Assembly (NCBI RefSeq): GCF_963506605.1
Contig: NC_083277.1
Location: 102,176,001 to 102,240,000, forward strand
Reading direction: 5' to 3'
Source: Zootoca vivipara
Lineage: Eukaryota
Length of the DNA stretch: 64,000 nt
This document shows, one piece after another, positions 25,683 to 38,790 of the stretch. Within the stretch, counting starts at the first letter, position 1. Each line of letters starts with the position of its first letter. Below the pieces are notes generated by a model. It was not told the origin of the DNA. It worked only from the letters and a program-made list of their open reading frames with translations, and did not search any database. The position numbers and the translations under genes are program-made.

Positions 25683-25984
25683 AAAGGTAAAGGACCCCTG
25701 GCAGTTAAGTCCAGTCATAGACGACTCTGGGGTTGTGGTGCCCATCTTGCTTTACAGGCCGAGGGAGCCAGCGTTTGTCCGCGGACAGTTTTTCCGGGTC
25801 ATGTGGCCAGCAGGAACACCGAAACCAGAGCAGTGCATGGAAACGCCGTTTACCTTCCTGCCAGAGTGGTACCTATTTATCTACTTGCACTTTGACATGC
25901 TTTCGAACTGCTAGGTTGGCAGGACCAAGCAACGGGAGCTCACCCCGTCGTGGGGATTCAAACCGCTGACCTTCTGATTGGCAA
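25683..25984 (-). mobile_element. Sauria SINE, 5'-truncated, with TSD
   Basis: SINE body in reverse; flanked by GCAGAGTGGAAG(C/T)AAA at 25669 and 25985. Confidence 0.88.
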
Positions 25985-26515
25985 GCAGAGTGGAAGTAAA
26001 GGAGGACCTTTTCCTGCCTCCTCACTTCCAGCTACTCTCCGAAGACTGGAGAAGAGAGACCCTCTTAAGAATATTAGGGGGTGGGCAGGTAAAGGACTAG
26101 ACCATGTGGAAAATGAACACAATATTTTAGCTGCAGTGCCTTCATTTTCAGCTTTGTTGTATTGTTATATAAAAAAAAGCGCGCCCAGACATTCCTGTGT
26201 TTTGGCCACAGCCTAGGTTTAAGGTGCCATTTAGCTTCTAGCTTTCATATCTCAGTTTCTAACACTGGACTGAAGGTTAAAAAACAACAGGCTGCGTCGC
26301 ATGCTGGTGCCACTCTCATTTCTTCTTTCAGGCATGAGAGAGTCCTTGGCTTTTACTGTGCTGGTGTCTCCCCTTAGCAGGTCCCCTCTGTAGTTTTAAT
26401 CTTAAATCTTAGGCGCAGCACTCAGAGGATCACTGCTGTTCCTGCTACCTGCCCATTGCCAAATTGGCTTGGAGTGCCCATGGGGTGGTGGTGGACCTGC
26501 AGGGATCGTCTAAGG

Positions 26516-27272
26516 CAGTGGTTCCCAACAGGTGGTCCGGGGACCCCCAGGGGTCCGCGGGCTATGCCAGAGGGGTCCGCAAGATGCTATTAGAATAAAA
26601 AATATATTAAATATATTTCGTATGATAACAGATTTTTTGTTTTGGCCGCTTCCTGCATGAGCAGAGTCTAGCGCAAAACTAGAATTAGATAGAGGCAGTA
26701 GTTCTGCTGTATGCCGTTAGGTGGCGCTTTACAAACACTACTGTTTTGCAAAGAGGCAGCGCGCGCATTCTACTAACGCTCACCTCCCCAAGATGCTTTG
26801 CGCGCGTCGGCTTCATTTGTGCGCTACTGCGCAGGTACCCTGTCTTCTCCATTCCCCTCCCTCCTCTCTGGCGCGCGCTGCCTCTTTGCAAAACAGTAGT
26901 GTTTGTAAACAAAGCAAGCATTTTCTTCCATGTGTTTCATGAAAAACATAGGAATCGGCTCGACATGCGGTCGGATTTCAGAGTGAAAGTTTCAAGTTTG
27001 GAACCTAATATTTCAGAAATAATGGACTCAAAGGACAGATTTAACTTATCTCATTAAGAACTGAAAATTAAAACTAACTGTATACTGATGGAGTACTCTG
27101 TTGTAACTGTAAATATAAATATAAATATAAAATATAAGTATAAATATAAAATATAAAAAGACTCTTTATTTGGCTCTCACTTTTTAATTTTAGGATTAGG
27201 AATTAATGGGTGTCCTTGTCACAATAGCGGCTCGATGAGGGGTCCTCGAGAAAATTTTGTTGGGAACCCCTG
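26516..27272 (+). mobile_element. Non-autonomous hAT-Charlie element retaining the transposase C-terminal tail
   Basis: TIRs CAGTGGTTCCCAAC / GTTGGGAACCCCTG; TSD GTCTAAGG/CTCTAAGG; KHRNRLDMRSDFRVKVSSLEPNISEIM...SH* (stop 27057) resembles Charlie/ZBED5-type C-termini. Confidence 0.88.
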
Positions 27273-30200
27273 CTCTAAGGGTTGCCGTGGGGTGGTAGGA
27301 ATAGCTGGTGGGAGTTGCAGATCAACAACATTAGAGGGCCCCACATTTGACTATCCCTGTCCTGGATGTAGCATCATTCTGGAGCCCTGTAGGAAGTCAA
27401 GATGGCAACTGGCAGGCAGCCCATGCTCAGGCTACTAGAAAGCAATTTTTAAAAGTGGGGCAGGGCAGGTTTTCATGGTGGTCCCTGGCCTGCGTGTGGC
27501 ATCAACACACGAGTAAGCTGTGTGGAAAGCTGCAGAGCATTCCTGAATTGCTTCTAGGGCTGGCTAAATCAGGGGTGTCCAAACTTTTTTCAAAGAGGGC
27601 CAGATTTGATGAAGTGAACGTGCATAAGGGCCGACCAAAGTTGTTGACCTTTAAGGATTTTACCTGAGGACATAAACTGCCACAGGGGCCAGATTAGGCC
27701 CCCAAAACGGACTTTGGACATGCCTGGGCTAAGCAGAATGAATGCTCTGCTTGTTTTCTGCTTAACCTGTCCTCCTACCGCCACGACTTGATATATACCG
27801 AGACTGAGAAGAAAGTGAGTGGAGCAAGCTTTTGAGCCCCAGGAATGGTAGGCTATTGGCTTAGCAAGTTAATGGGGTTGGGGGGTGGGGGTGGGGATAA
27901 TTCTTACAATAGTCAACTGATTTTTTTAAATGAATTTAAAAAATAGTTGTAGTTGGATGGATGAATGAATGAATGAATGAAAAGGGGAGAGGAGTCAGGA
28001 CTACGTCCACATATTCCCAAATACACATAAAGGAATAAGTGAAGTTGGCAGCCCTCTGCGTATAAAAGGAAACTATTAAGTCATGTGTACAAAGAAAAAT
28101 GGCAAGAAAAAATGTGGGCCAAGGGTTAGCCTATTTGGGATAACAGTAGTAGGGTTGACAAGGGGGCGGATCTGGAAACTGCCCCATAACTGAGCGCTGA
28201 TGGAAAATTCAGTTAGAGCAAACAAGGGGAGAGATATATATCAGCACAGTAATGCAAAACAGATAAAGAGCAGTAGAGAAGAAGAATTGCCTCTGCCTGG
28301 TGTCAAGGCTTCACCCTTGCAAAACAGCCCAGCTGTTCAGAAGGACCCCATAACCTCTGGATACTTTCTTGGTGGGGAGCGAAGTGATTGTGTGGTTGTG
28401 TGCACTGCTCTCCACTCACACAACCACTGACTGTAACCCTCAAACTTTCAAGTTAATTTAGGTTAGGGATGCACAAATACAGACTTCACATTTGGGGTTT
28501 GCTGGCCTTTCAAGTGGAGGAGATGGGCAGGGTAGGGTGGGGTGGGGGACATTGTTTCTTTAGTGTTGGGGTGCAAGCTCATGGCCTCTTTAGGGCTGCA
28601 CATGGAGTTGATGCTCCCTCTCTAGAACAGAACATCTGGCTTAGCCCTGGTTCGGGAGAAGGATGCTCACGTGAACTCGTCTCTCCTGTACTTATTCTAT
28701 GCCTTTGAAATATTTTGCAAGGAAAGTCTGGAGTATTTTGTTTGTGCCTCTTGTGGAAACTAGTTCTTAGGACATCCTAGGAATAATAAAGAGGGCAGCC
28801 ATTCAACTTTGAGAGAGAGCTTTCTTTTTTGCAGCCTTGCGCTTAGTGCCTTCACGAAGTCAACTCTGTAGACCCAAGTTCTTTCCCAGGCCCTTCACAG
28901 CTTGTTTTCCTGCTCGGTTGTCCCAAACAAAACCTCTAGCTGGGCCTGCTGACTCACAGTGCTGCTGACTGAGTTTGTTTAGCTTTGGAATTCTCTCGAT
29001 CCTCAGTCATCTCCAAAGGGCTTCAGGAAACAGGCTTCACTGAATGTTCTTTCTACAGACCACAAGCCCAGATTTCAAGATTTTTCCTGGCTCTTTCGTT
29101 GGACTTGTCTGGTTTGCATGCTACAAAAGCCAGTTTTCTTTGTGATGTGGCCCATCCAGCTCCCTTTAAATGCATGCCTTGCAAATGTGGCACTTATCTC
29201 AGATGTTCCTTGTTTGGTGTTAGAATTGTTCTTCATGATCTTAGTCATATACAGTGGTACCTCGCAAGACGAATGCCTCGCGCAACAAAAAACTCGCAAG
29301 ACGAAAGGGGCTCTGACGAAACTCAAAACCAGGGTGGGTTAACCTTTGGCCCTCCAGATGTTTTCGAACCACAGCTTCCATCATTCCTGATCATTGGCCA
29401 TGCAGCCTGGGGCATGATGGGAGTTGGAGTCTGAAAGGCCCCAGGTTCCCAGTACCTCTTCAAGACAGGTGGAATTTGTGATTCCCTCCTTCGCCATTTC
29501 TCTTCTGCCTTGCATTCTCTTTCTTTCTTTTTGCAGCAGAAGAGAATCAGGTGGTTGGTGGATGACCAAGGGCCAGATAAATATCACTGTTATGAGATGC
29601 TGCCAGAGCTCTTGGTCATGATGTCAGACAATAGGTGGGCCGAGCAGAGGCTTTGCTGCTCTTGGGGTCTTGCCAAGGCAGCATAGCCTCGCACCAGTGT
29701 CTGAAAAGCACACATGGCCGTATTTCCTGTCCAAGAGTTGCACACACCATCTCTTTGGGATGCCTACAGCCTTTTTAATAACTCTGAAAAGGCCATCAAA
29801 GGAGGTTCCTGGCGTTTCTTGTACGTACCTGCTTACAGATCGTCTCTTCTTGTTGCTGTGATGTGTGAACAGTGGCTGCAGCAGGCTTAATAAGGGGCTT
29901 CATGGACCCAGTGATTCTCAGTGTTTTCATTACCACTTAGAAGCCTATTTTGGCATTGAGCCGTTTTGAATTAATAGACAATATTAGACTTCACATAAAA
30001 TTCATTTTTTTTTAAAAAAAAGGAGTATTGTTCTTTGAAATGAAGAGCTGGTGGTAAGCCTACTCATGTCTCCTGACCTCATCTTTCCTTCGTTATTTCC
30101 AAAGTTTTTAGAGCACTTCGAAGTCTCTGTGATGGAACAAGCAGGACATAATGTCATTTGGGCCTTGCTCTTGCTGAGGTGTTAAATTGCACATGGCCTG

Positions 30201-30896
30201 TACCATAGACTGCAGGATGAACTGTTCAACAACAATAACAACAACAATTTATTTTATTTATAGGCCACCCATCTGACTGGGTTGCCCCAGTCACTCTGGG
30301 AGGCTCCCAGCAAAATATTTAAAAAGCAAGAAAGCATCAACCTTTAGAAACTTCCCTGAACAGGGCTGCCTTCAGATGTCTTCTAAAAGTCAAATGGTTG
30401 TTTATCTGCTCTCTATGGGGAGGAAAAGAGACTCCTAAGAATAGCCAGCCTGAAGCACTACTCCCAGACACCCTAGTTAGTTAGATCTGTCTGCTGGGAA
30501 ATTATTTTCTGTGATAGATCTTTCTATCCTGTGACACACACACATAATACAGTTTGAAGTGGGACATTCATTCCAGATGTGGGCTTATTCACTTAATGAG
30601 AGGCTGGCCTTTTGTCAGTTGCCCTTTCCGAGGGGCTGCCCTTTCCGAATATCGTGACGTGGTGCCTGCCAAAGGGAGGAAGCGGGCTGTGCCACAAGAA
30701 AGAGGGCCAGTATTCCCAGGGGTCGCTTTCCTGACTTCCAGCTTGACATGTTGAGTTCACTCGAGGACTCTGGGAAGCAATGCCTGTGGGCGTTTTCTCT
30801 CATCATTGTAGAGGAAATGTTTTATGCTGCGTATGCTTCTTTCTGCCCTTCTCTGAACCCATGGTTTCCCAAAAGTGGAATCCCTGGCACCACCAT

Positions 30897-30920
30897 GGTG
30901 TGTGTGTGTGTGTGTGTGTG

Positions 30921-30987
<67 letters not shown>

Positions 30988-30990
30988 GTG
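30897..30990. repeat. Compound (TG)n(TCTG)n microsatellite
   Basis: Directly visible. Confidence 0.95.
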
Positions 30991-32219
30991 TCTGGTTTGA
31001 GATCCCTGCCCATTCCTTACAGGCATTTAGGACTGCAACTCTGTGCTGTTGGCTTTCCTCTACCAGCATAAAGTGACGTGGGTGAAAGAAAATCAGGGTC
31101 GCCAATGCATATGCATGTGCCTGCAGAGGATGCATTTCATGGTACCCCCAAAGTCACCTCCCCCCACTGAAAGAAGCATTCTATTGCTGAATAGGGGTGT
31201 AGGGGTGTGTGTGTGTGAGTGAGTGAGTGAGAGAGAGAGAGAGAGAGAGAGAGGGCCGCAACAGTTTATCAACCCATTTATGAAGGCACATTTGTCAGCC
31301 ACTGAAGTATAATGTCTCCAGCTGGCCATTAGTGGTCAATTTGTCTCCCCCTCTGGTTTTTCAGGGAGGGACCTCCCCCCCCCCCGGGGGGGGGAACTTT
31401 TGAAAAGGGACTTGCATTGTATCATCCCTAATCTGAACCTGCTTTGGGCAGAAGGGAGCCAGTTTGTTTATTTGCAACCTTTTCCAAACAAAAAACAATG
31501 ACTTGGCAGATTTAAAAAATGCAGCGACGACGCAATGATGATAGGAAAGACATTTTCTATTCTTCTTTACAAGAAATTGGCATCCCCTTGGAAAGGCTTG
31601 CTGGGGGGTGGCCAGGGCTGTATAGAGAAGTGTCTGCCTGTCATCTCTGATGATGGGGGAGGTTCAGCATCACTAGCCCCCATTCAGAAATCTGTGGAGG
31701 CAGGGGCAATAATGGCAAGGCTGTTCTCACTGTGCGTTAGTGGCAAGTTCTCCATGTCATTCCAGGTGCATGCAAGATGCTTAGAAACGGCTGCCTTAGG
31801 GATCTTGGTTATCTGTTTCCACCTGCAGGAGTCAAAGGAAAACCACTTGTGTCTTCCCTGCACAGCAACAAACGCTCTCCCTGTCCTCCACATCCAAAGG
31901 AACTCATTGTTTTCCCATTTTGCGCACCACACCATGAAAATCGCCCTTGCCAGCAGCTTTCCGAAGGATTCCAGGGCTATCTCTCTGGTGATCTCCAAAA
32001 CAGAAAGGCTATGTCATTTTTAAAGGCATAATATGAAGCAAGGGACTGGTTTGTGTAAAAAAAAAGGGGGGGCGGGAAGCAATTGAGAATGGGGTATTTT
32101 ATTGACAAAAGTAGTCTTGCATTGTGCATGGAGCTGTTCCCTTGCTTGCCTGTGGGTGTCGCCAGAGTCGGAGAGATTTCCTGTTGTGGGTAAGGAGTCA
32201 CCTCAGCCTGCATCTAGAA

Positions 32220-32474
32220 CATGGGTAGGCAAACTAAGGCCTTGGGGCCGGATCCGGCCCAATTGCCTTCTCAATACAGCCTGTGGACGTTCCCGGAATT
32301 GGCATGTTTTTACATGAGTAGAATGTGTGCTTTTATTTAAAATGCGTCTCTGGGTTATTTGTGGGGCATAGGAATTCGTTCATTTTTATTCATTTTTCAA
32401 ACTATAGTCCGGCCCCCCACAAGGTCTGAGAGACAGTGGACCGGCTCCCTGCTGAAAAAGTTTGCTGACCCCTG
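32220..32474. mobile_element. hAT MITE, same family as 3695-3944
   Basis: Same interior sequence; TSD ATCTAGAA on both sides. Confidence 0.9.
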
Positions 32475-32621
32475 ATCTAGAAGTGCTAGCAATGGGACCA
32501 GTTGCATTTTTCCCAGCAGGGAAGCTCTCTTCTGCCGCTGCCCTTAAACACCCTGCCCATACATACCGTGAGCTCAGCTTCTCTGCCTAATGATGCCATT
32601 TGTTTCCCCCCCCACCTCCAG

Positions 32622-32719
32622 GTTTATGTGCACTTTCTATCAACCATTCCAATTCCTACGTGGCATACCCCGGCAGCACGACCGTTGGCGAGATTGTGCT
32701 GTACGACGGAAACAATTTG
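32622..32719 (+). CDS. WIPI1: WIPI1 exon 5 ([33 protein letters not shown])
   Basis: cctccag| and |gtaggt, 98 nt. Confidence 0.96.
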
Positions 32720-33089
32720 GTAGGTAGAAAGGAATCTCGCAATCTGAGCTCCGAGGCCCATGTTCTCTGAAAGTATTTGTTTCACTTCAACAGGCCCTAC
32801 ATATTCTTTTGAATCAGGCTCCTGGAGCATGGGAAACCTGCCTAATACCAAATCAAGCCCAAGGGTTTGTGTAGCTTAGGCTTGTCTGCAATAGCTGGCA
32901 GTGTCTTCCCTTTTTTGCCATTTTATTTCTTCTCAGTTTAAATTAACATCAAATTAATTCAGATTTAAAAGTTGACTTCCCGTCCCACCCTTATTTGCTG
33001 CTCAATGTTACAAGTATTTCCAAATTGCATTTTAAAAAACCGTATGTTTTTATGTTGAAATTTGTTTATAATTTTCATTTTACAAATTT

Positions 33090-33570
33090 TTCAAATTCAC
33101 TAAAAAAAATCATCGACTCGACTCCCCCCCACTTTTCATGGTTTGTTCTACCGGTACTTATCCTCTGCTGCTGCATATTGCAATTACTCTGTATTATTTC
33201 TTTCCCATTTTCTCTCAACTTAATTTATACTGCTAGATTTACTCTAATCCTGCTAACATTTTGTTTACAGTGATTCTACAATTGCCAATCTTCCTTAAAT
33301 TCTCTTTCTTCCTGATCTCTTCTTCTGCTGTTTAGGCTTGCCGTTTCTACATATTCCATCAACTTTGTATGCCATTCCTCCTTCGTTGGTATCCTTCCCT
33401 CCCTTCATTTAAAAAAATCTAACATATTATAGCATTCCCCCCCCCTTCATTTCCCCTTGGCTGCTCTTTTTCACTTCCTGCTAGACTTTTACTTAACTAC
33501 AGCATATTCCCATATATCAAAAAGAGTTACTCTTCACTTTGTCAGCCCTCATAAATCCTTAGTTATCAAT
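33090..33570 (-). mobile_element. L1/Tx1-like LINE 3' remnant
   Basis: Minus frame RIPTKEEWHTKLMEYVETASL..RDQEEREFKEDW (33281-33400) resembles squamate L1/Tx1 ORF2 C-termini. Confidence 0.55.
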
Positions 33571-34436
33571 CAATAATTGCCCAGTGTTTTTCATGCACAA
33601 ACGTCTGACTGGTTCCAAGGCAGTGCCTTCCTAGTGTTTCAGGCCGGCTTTTCTTGGCGATTCTGGTGGTCAAACAATGCCCATGGTTGAACCTGCGACC
33701 TTCTGCATGCAGGGTAGATGTTCTGGTACTGAGCTCACCTGAGAGCTGCATGTATGTGCCTAATTGAAGTAAACATTAAACAAGGGAGACTGATGTTTCA
33801 GAGGGCGCTGCTAGACTGATGCTATTCTCAGGTGGGGTTGAGTCTCATCCCAGCAAATCTGGGTCACACAGTTGTAGTTGAGTGGGAGGTCTTGCTCAAC
33901 GAACCCACTTCCACCAAAGTCTGGACTTTTTGCAGTAAGGAAAGTGATGGGGAGATAAGGGTGACACTTGCTTTGATGCAACGTCACCTGACCTCCTTGC
34001 AAACACATAAGGATGAATGCTCAATAAGCAGCTTGTCAGGGAGCACCCTGATTCTCTGTGCCTTGACTATTCAACTGCTATCATTGGGGGCATTCTGCGC
34101 CCTTAGTCAATGAAGCCTTAATTTTGCCATAGCTAAGGAAGGAGCGTGGAGCCGATGCTCATTGGGTAACCTTCCGTCAATCACCGGCTCTTAGGCTAGC
34201 CTGCTTCACAGGGCTGTTGTAAGGATGAGTTTGAGGAGAGAGAGAACCATATATGCAACATTGAGCTCCTTGGGAGGGAAGGTGGGCCTATAAATGCAAC
34301 AAATTATGCAATTAATGCAATTAATAAAATACTTTTGTTTACAGCACTACTAATCTGACTACACATTTTGAAGAAAAACTTGAAATCTTACCCTTCTTTT
34401 GGCTCACACTTAAACTGTTTACCCTCCCATTAACAG

Positions 34437-34529
34437 AGAGACGTCTGTTCAATTTCTGCCCACGATGGGCCCCTCGCTGCCCTGGCCTTCAACTCCACAG
34501 GGTCAAAACTAGCAAGTGCTTCTGAAAAG
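34437..34529 (+). CDS. WIPI1: WIPI1 exon 6 (RDVCSISAHDGPLAALAFNSTGSKLASASEK)
   Basis: taacag| and |gtaagc, 93 nt; AH...LASASEK PROPPIN motif. Confidence 0.96.
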
Positions 34530-35047
34530 GTAAGCGAGCAAAATGTCTATCGCTGGAGAGAATTACAATTGGTGCTTGTGTTTTCCCCAAGGAGCAAGGT
34601 TTCCAAAAACGAGTGTTGTGTTCACCTTTTGAATCCTTTGGCAAATTACCAGTAGTTACTTGACCTAGGCAAATGTTTCTGGTATTTCACTTAGGTTATC
34701 CCCCCCCCCCATTTTAAGCTTATGCCCTCTTGCCTTGTCCTCAGCACAGAGAAATGTATTCAAAAGTTTGCATGTTTTCTAAGTCCGTTTTGAGGAGGAG
34801 CCATTGGAGTAAAAACATTAATTTAAAGAGACAGCTGGCAAAGGAGTAACCATCTAGCTACAGTTCTCCTAATACTGTTTGTGAGTGCTAGGGAAATACT
34901 TAATTCTTTTGTGTGCGTGTGTGTACGTGTGTGTGTATACACGTACCGAATGCCCATGCCGGAATAATTGTATCTCTTCTGTGAAGGCAGCTGGTCCTTG
35001 CAACCTGATGGCTATGTGACTTTCATGCCTTACCTATTTTCCTTTAG

Positions 35048-35118
35048 GGAACCGTCATTCGGGTGTTTTCCATCCCCGAGGGGCAAAAGGTCTATGAATT
35101 CAGAAGAGGAATGAAGAG
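35048..35118 (+). CDS. WIPI1: WIPI1 exon 7 ([24 protein letters not shown]), phosphoinositide-binding FRRG at 35099-35110
   Basis: cctttag| and |gtcagt, 71 nt; FRRG motif. Confidence 0.97.
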
Positions 35119-35903
35119 GTCAGTGCTACACTCTAGCCAGTGGCTCTTTTCTTCTTCTTTTTTGACCCCGTATGAAATGCATGTCCTGCTCCCTAGGAGG
35201 GTCCTTACCTAGGAAATGTTTCAGGAACACTGCATTCCTTCTGGATAGGAGATCTCTCCAAAGCACATGGGGCGGGGGCTGCTACCTTTCCTTGCTTTCA
35301 CGGCCATTGAACGCAACACATTTGAGAAACGGTATGATTGGTGCGGGAGTTTCTGGTACCACGCCTGGCTGCTCCAGTACCATTGAGGTTTTCACTGGTA
35401 CACAGCGAGTGCTTTCATTGGGCGTGACTGTGGGAAAATCGCTGCTTAGGGACACAAGTGTAGGAGAGGTATAAGTACTTTAGGGATCTTTTTCCCCACT
35501 GTGCTTTTTAAACCATTTTTGCAAGGTGTGCCAATTGTCAGAGGCTATTTGAAAACCTAGTACGGGATCCAGAATAATATGCAGTATTATCCCCATGTAG
35601 CAGGTTTGCAGGGGCTGAGGCATCGTGGCTTGAAGGAAATGAATGAATGGCTGAGCTCAGATTTTGAAAGGAGGGCTACAGCCCATTCCCTTTTCCAGTG
35701 CTACACCGCATTCGCTCATGGTTGGATGCCTAGCTGTAGGACACATAGACCAGCAGCAGGATATCATTTGATCATTTCGCGTTCATTTCCTTCACCACCG
35801 CCACCCTGCAGATCTCTCAGATCTGCTTCTTTTGGCCACGGCCTGACCTCCTTTTTGTTTTTGTGTCAGCTGCAGCAATCCTCTTTCCTTCCCTTGGGCT
35901 TAG

Positions 35904-36011
35904 GTACGTGAACATCAGCTCCCTGGTTTTCAGTATGGACTCGCAATTCTTGTGTGCGTCAAGCAACACCGAGACCGTGCACATCTTTAAGCTGGAACAT
36001 CTCACAGACAG
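35904..36011 (+). CDS. WIPI1: WIPI1 exon 8 ([36 protein letters not shown])
   Basis: gcttag| and |gtgggt, 108 nt; [12 protein letters not shown] motif. Confidence 0.97.
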
Positions 36012-37673
36012 GTGGGTATCCAAACAGTGCCGCATGGGCTGCGGGGAGTCTTAGTTGCAGTGAGTTTCAGCACTGGCCCAGCTATGGGAAGAATGGAAAT
36101 AGATATCCAAGCCATCACTGTCAGTTGGCCCCAGGGTATGCGATTTGGGCACATGCTTGTCATTTCCAGCAAGTTACTGGCTGTTTTCTTTCTTTTTTTA
36201 AATGGGCCCATGTTGTTTAGACAAAGTTGTGATGCCACACAGTGGGATGAACCTGTGGCTGAGGAGTGTGATTGTTAGGACAGGAGACAGGGATCAAGAG
36301 CATGCCTGGTTGTGGCAGCACTCCAGGAAGAGCAGAACTGAAGGAGCCTGGGACCAGAGTTGAGAGTGAAGATGGATCTGGGGTGTGCTAGACCCAGGAA
36401 ACTGCTTCAGCATCCAGCCCAAGGTCCAGCTTCTAGGCCACAGTATTTATTCCAGACATTTGTTGGAGAGATGGCAATGTCGTTGCAGCTCTGTGATCGG
36501 CACAAGTCTGCAAAGGGCTCGTGCCTGTTTCTGCCTTCAGTTGTTTCTGGGCCAAGTGCCTGTTCCCAAAACCAGTAACTTCAGTTCAAGGATTGCTGTT
36601 TGTAGCAGGGGCAGCTATCTTTGGCCGTATATGTACATTGTGCATCGTCCAATGGTAGCCTGTGTGCAGTTTTGGTATCTCCGTGGAAAAGATAGCTGCC
36701 ATCTTTGCTTCTGGGTAACTTCAAGTCTGCTTTGAAGCAGTGACTACTAGAGTAGCCATCCACAGTGGTGATGTCCTCCACACATTTTGAACTACAGCTC
36801 CCATAATTCCTGGCCATTGGCCATGCTGACTGAGGCTGATAGGATGGAGTGCAAGGTCATCAGAGGGCGCTAGGTTGGGGAAGGCTAAGCCAAAGATCAC
36901 TAGGGAGGAAAACTGGAATTGGCTTGGGTGGAACCGAGGCTCCCTTTAACATAATGCACATTATCCAGGATAAATGTTGAAAATAGATAACATATGCAGA
37001 AGCCCTGAGAAATGATCGGCTCTCGCTGATAACTGCTTCCTGTGGTAGATTTAAAGTTGGAACACAACCCGTTGCTTAGTACAGACTTGTTTTTAGCTAT
37101 TCATTGGTGTTTGGGCAAGAAGGTACATTCATAATGGCTTCCTGTGAAATGGGGTTTCATTGTACAGGCTGTATCTTAACAGATCATTGCATTCACTTCC
37201 CAGCATAGGGAGTGTTTTGCCCAGTTATCATTGGGACACGCAGTGGCTTATAGCATTGTTGCTTAAATATACTCGTTCTTGTTGGAGCAGACAGGTTAGC
37301 TCATGCAAGCACAACTGTGCCGGCATTATATATGAAGAAACTTCACACACAGTTGGACAGCTGATACAATTTTAATTTGCATGTAGATTTCACGTTTGAC
37401 TTTATTATATCATGCCATCCAATCACATTGCACTTTTAATAAGTTTTAGATTTGTGTATGCCCCGGGGTTCTTATACTCTTAAAATGCTGACACTGAGCG
37501 AAACTCCCAAAGGGGAAAAGAATAAAGAATTAACAAAGGATGAATAGGAGCCAGGAAAGTTGCATGTATGTAGCCTTGAGGGGTTGAGGACCACGCTGTT
37601 GCATTGATGCTGCCTGGTCTAGATACTACCGGTAGACTAAGAATCTCAGTGCCTGCTGCTTTGTTTCTCTTAG

Positions 37674-37838
37674 CCGGCCGGAAGAACCCCCGTCCTGGAG
37701 CGGCTACATGGGCAAGATGTTCATGGCCGCCACCAACTACCTCCCTTCTCAAGTGTCAGGCATGATGAGCCAGGACCGGGCCTTTGCCACCGTGCGCTTG
37801 AACGTCTCTGGACAAAGGAACATCTGTGTGCTCTCCAC
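37674..37838 (+). CDS. WIPI1: WIPI1 exon 9 ([55 protein letters not shown])
   Basis: ctcttag| and |gtacgt, 165 nt; includes the amphipathic membrane-inserting loop region. Confidence 0.96.
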
Positions 37839-38682
37839 GTACGTAAGCTGTGGCTATAGCAACCGAGCGGCAGCTCCTTCTGTGTATATATACATAGGCA
37901 TCTCTCGGAGCAGCATATATATACAAGCACCCTGAGTGGAGGCAATCTGGAAGTTTGTTAGAAATGTCTTGACAGCGTGGCAAGATGCGACGTGTGCAAA
38001 TGTTCTGCATCTTGCTTCTTCTGCGCTGGACCACTGCCATCTGTATCTGCTCCAGGGAAGCTGCAGAATACAGGCAGATCGGAATTTTAATCTGATTTGT
38101 GCCCCAGGTCTAAAAGAGAGTAGATCGCAATGGTCTCTTTAGGGGCTTTCTGCCTACCAGAAGATAGGCTGAGGATGTCTTTGGCCCAGGAGTAGTAAAT
38201 GTGATGCTCTGTGGACTACAACTCCCATTTGTCCTGGCTGTTGGCCATGCTGGCTGGGGCTGATGGGACTTGTAGTCCAACATTACCTGGAGAGCATCAT
38301 GTTGACTACCTCTGCTTGGCAGGAATTGGATTGATGGAAGGAATTTTTTTTGCCCTATTCCAAGTTGTAGTGGTGGTGCTCATAGTGACTGCATTTGGGA
38401 AGGTCTCATGTAGGAGAAGGTATCTCCACTGATGTGTTAAGCAGAACAAGGCCAATATCTGTACATTTGTACTCTCAGGGTGTAGTGCGTGTATCCACTT
38501 TTCCTCTGCTTAATGAGAAAATAGCATAGTAATTGCACAAGAGGAGAACTTACTCATCCAGGAACAGGTAAAATTCACTGCTAAATATCACCTGATGTCC
38601 TGGCCAGCCCTAGGGCAGGCAAATGGATGGAGAGACCTTTTGTGAGTGCCTTTCAACTCTCCTCTCGCGCATTTCTTGTTAG

Positions 38683-38790
38683 AATCCAGAAGTTGCCTCG
38701 GCTCTTGGTTACGACGTCTGACGGACACCTTTACCTCTACAACCTGGACCCTCAAGATGGAGGAGAGTGTGTTCTAATCAAGAAACACAG
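38683..38790 (+). CDS. WIPI1: WIPI1 exon 10 ([36 protein letters not shown])
   Basis: ttgttag| and |gtaaac, 108 nt. Confidence 0.96.

Noticed and set aside
31375-31394. C11G9 palindrome
   Set aside because: Homopolymer juxtaposition with no supporting context; also prone to sequencing error.
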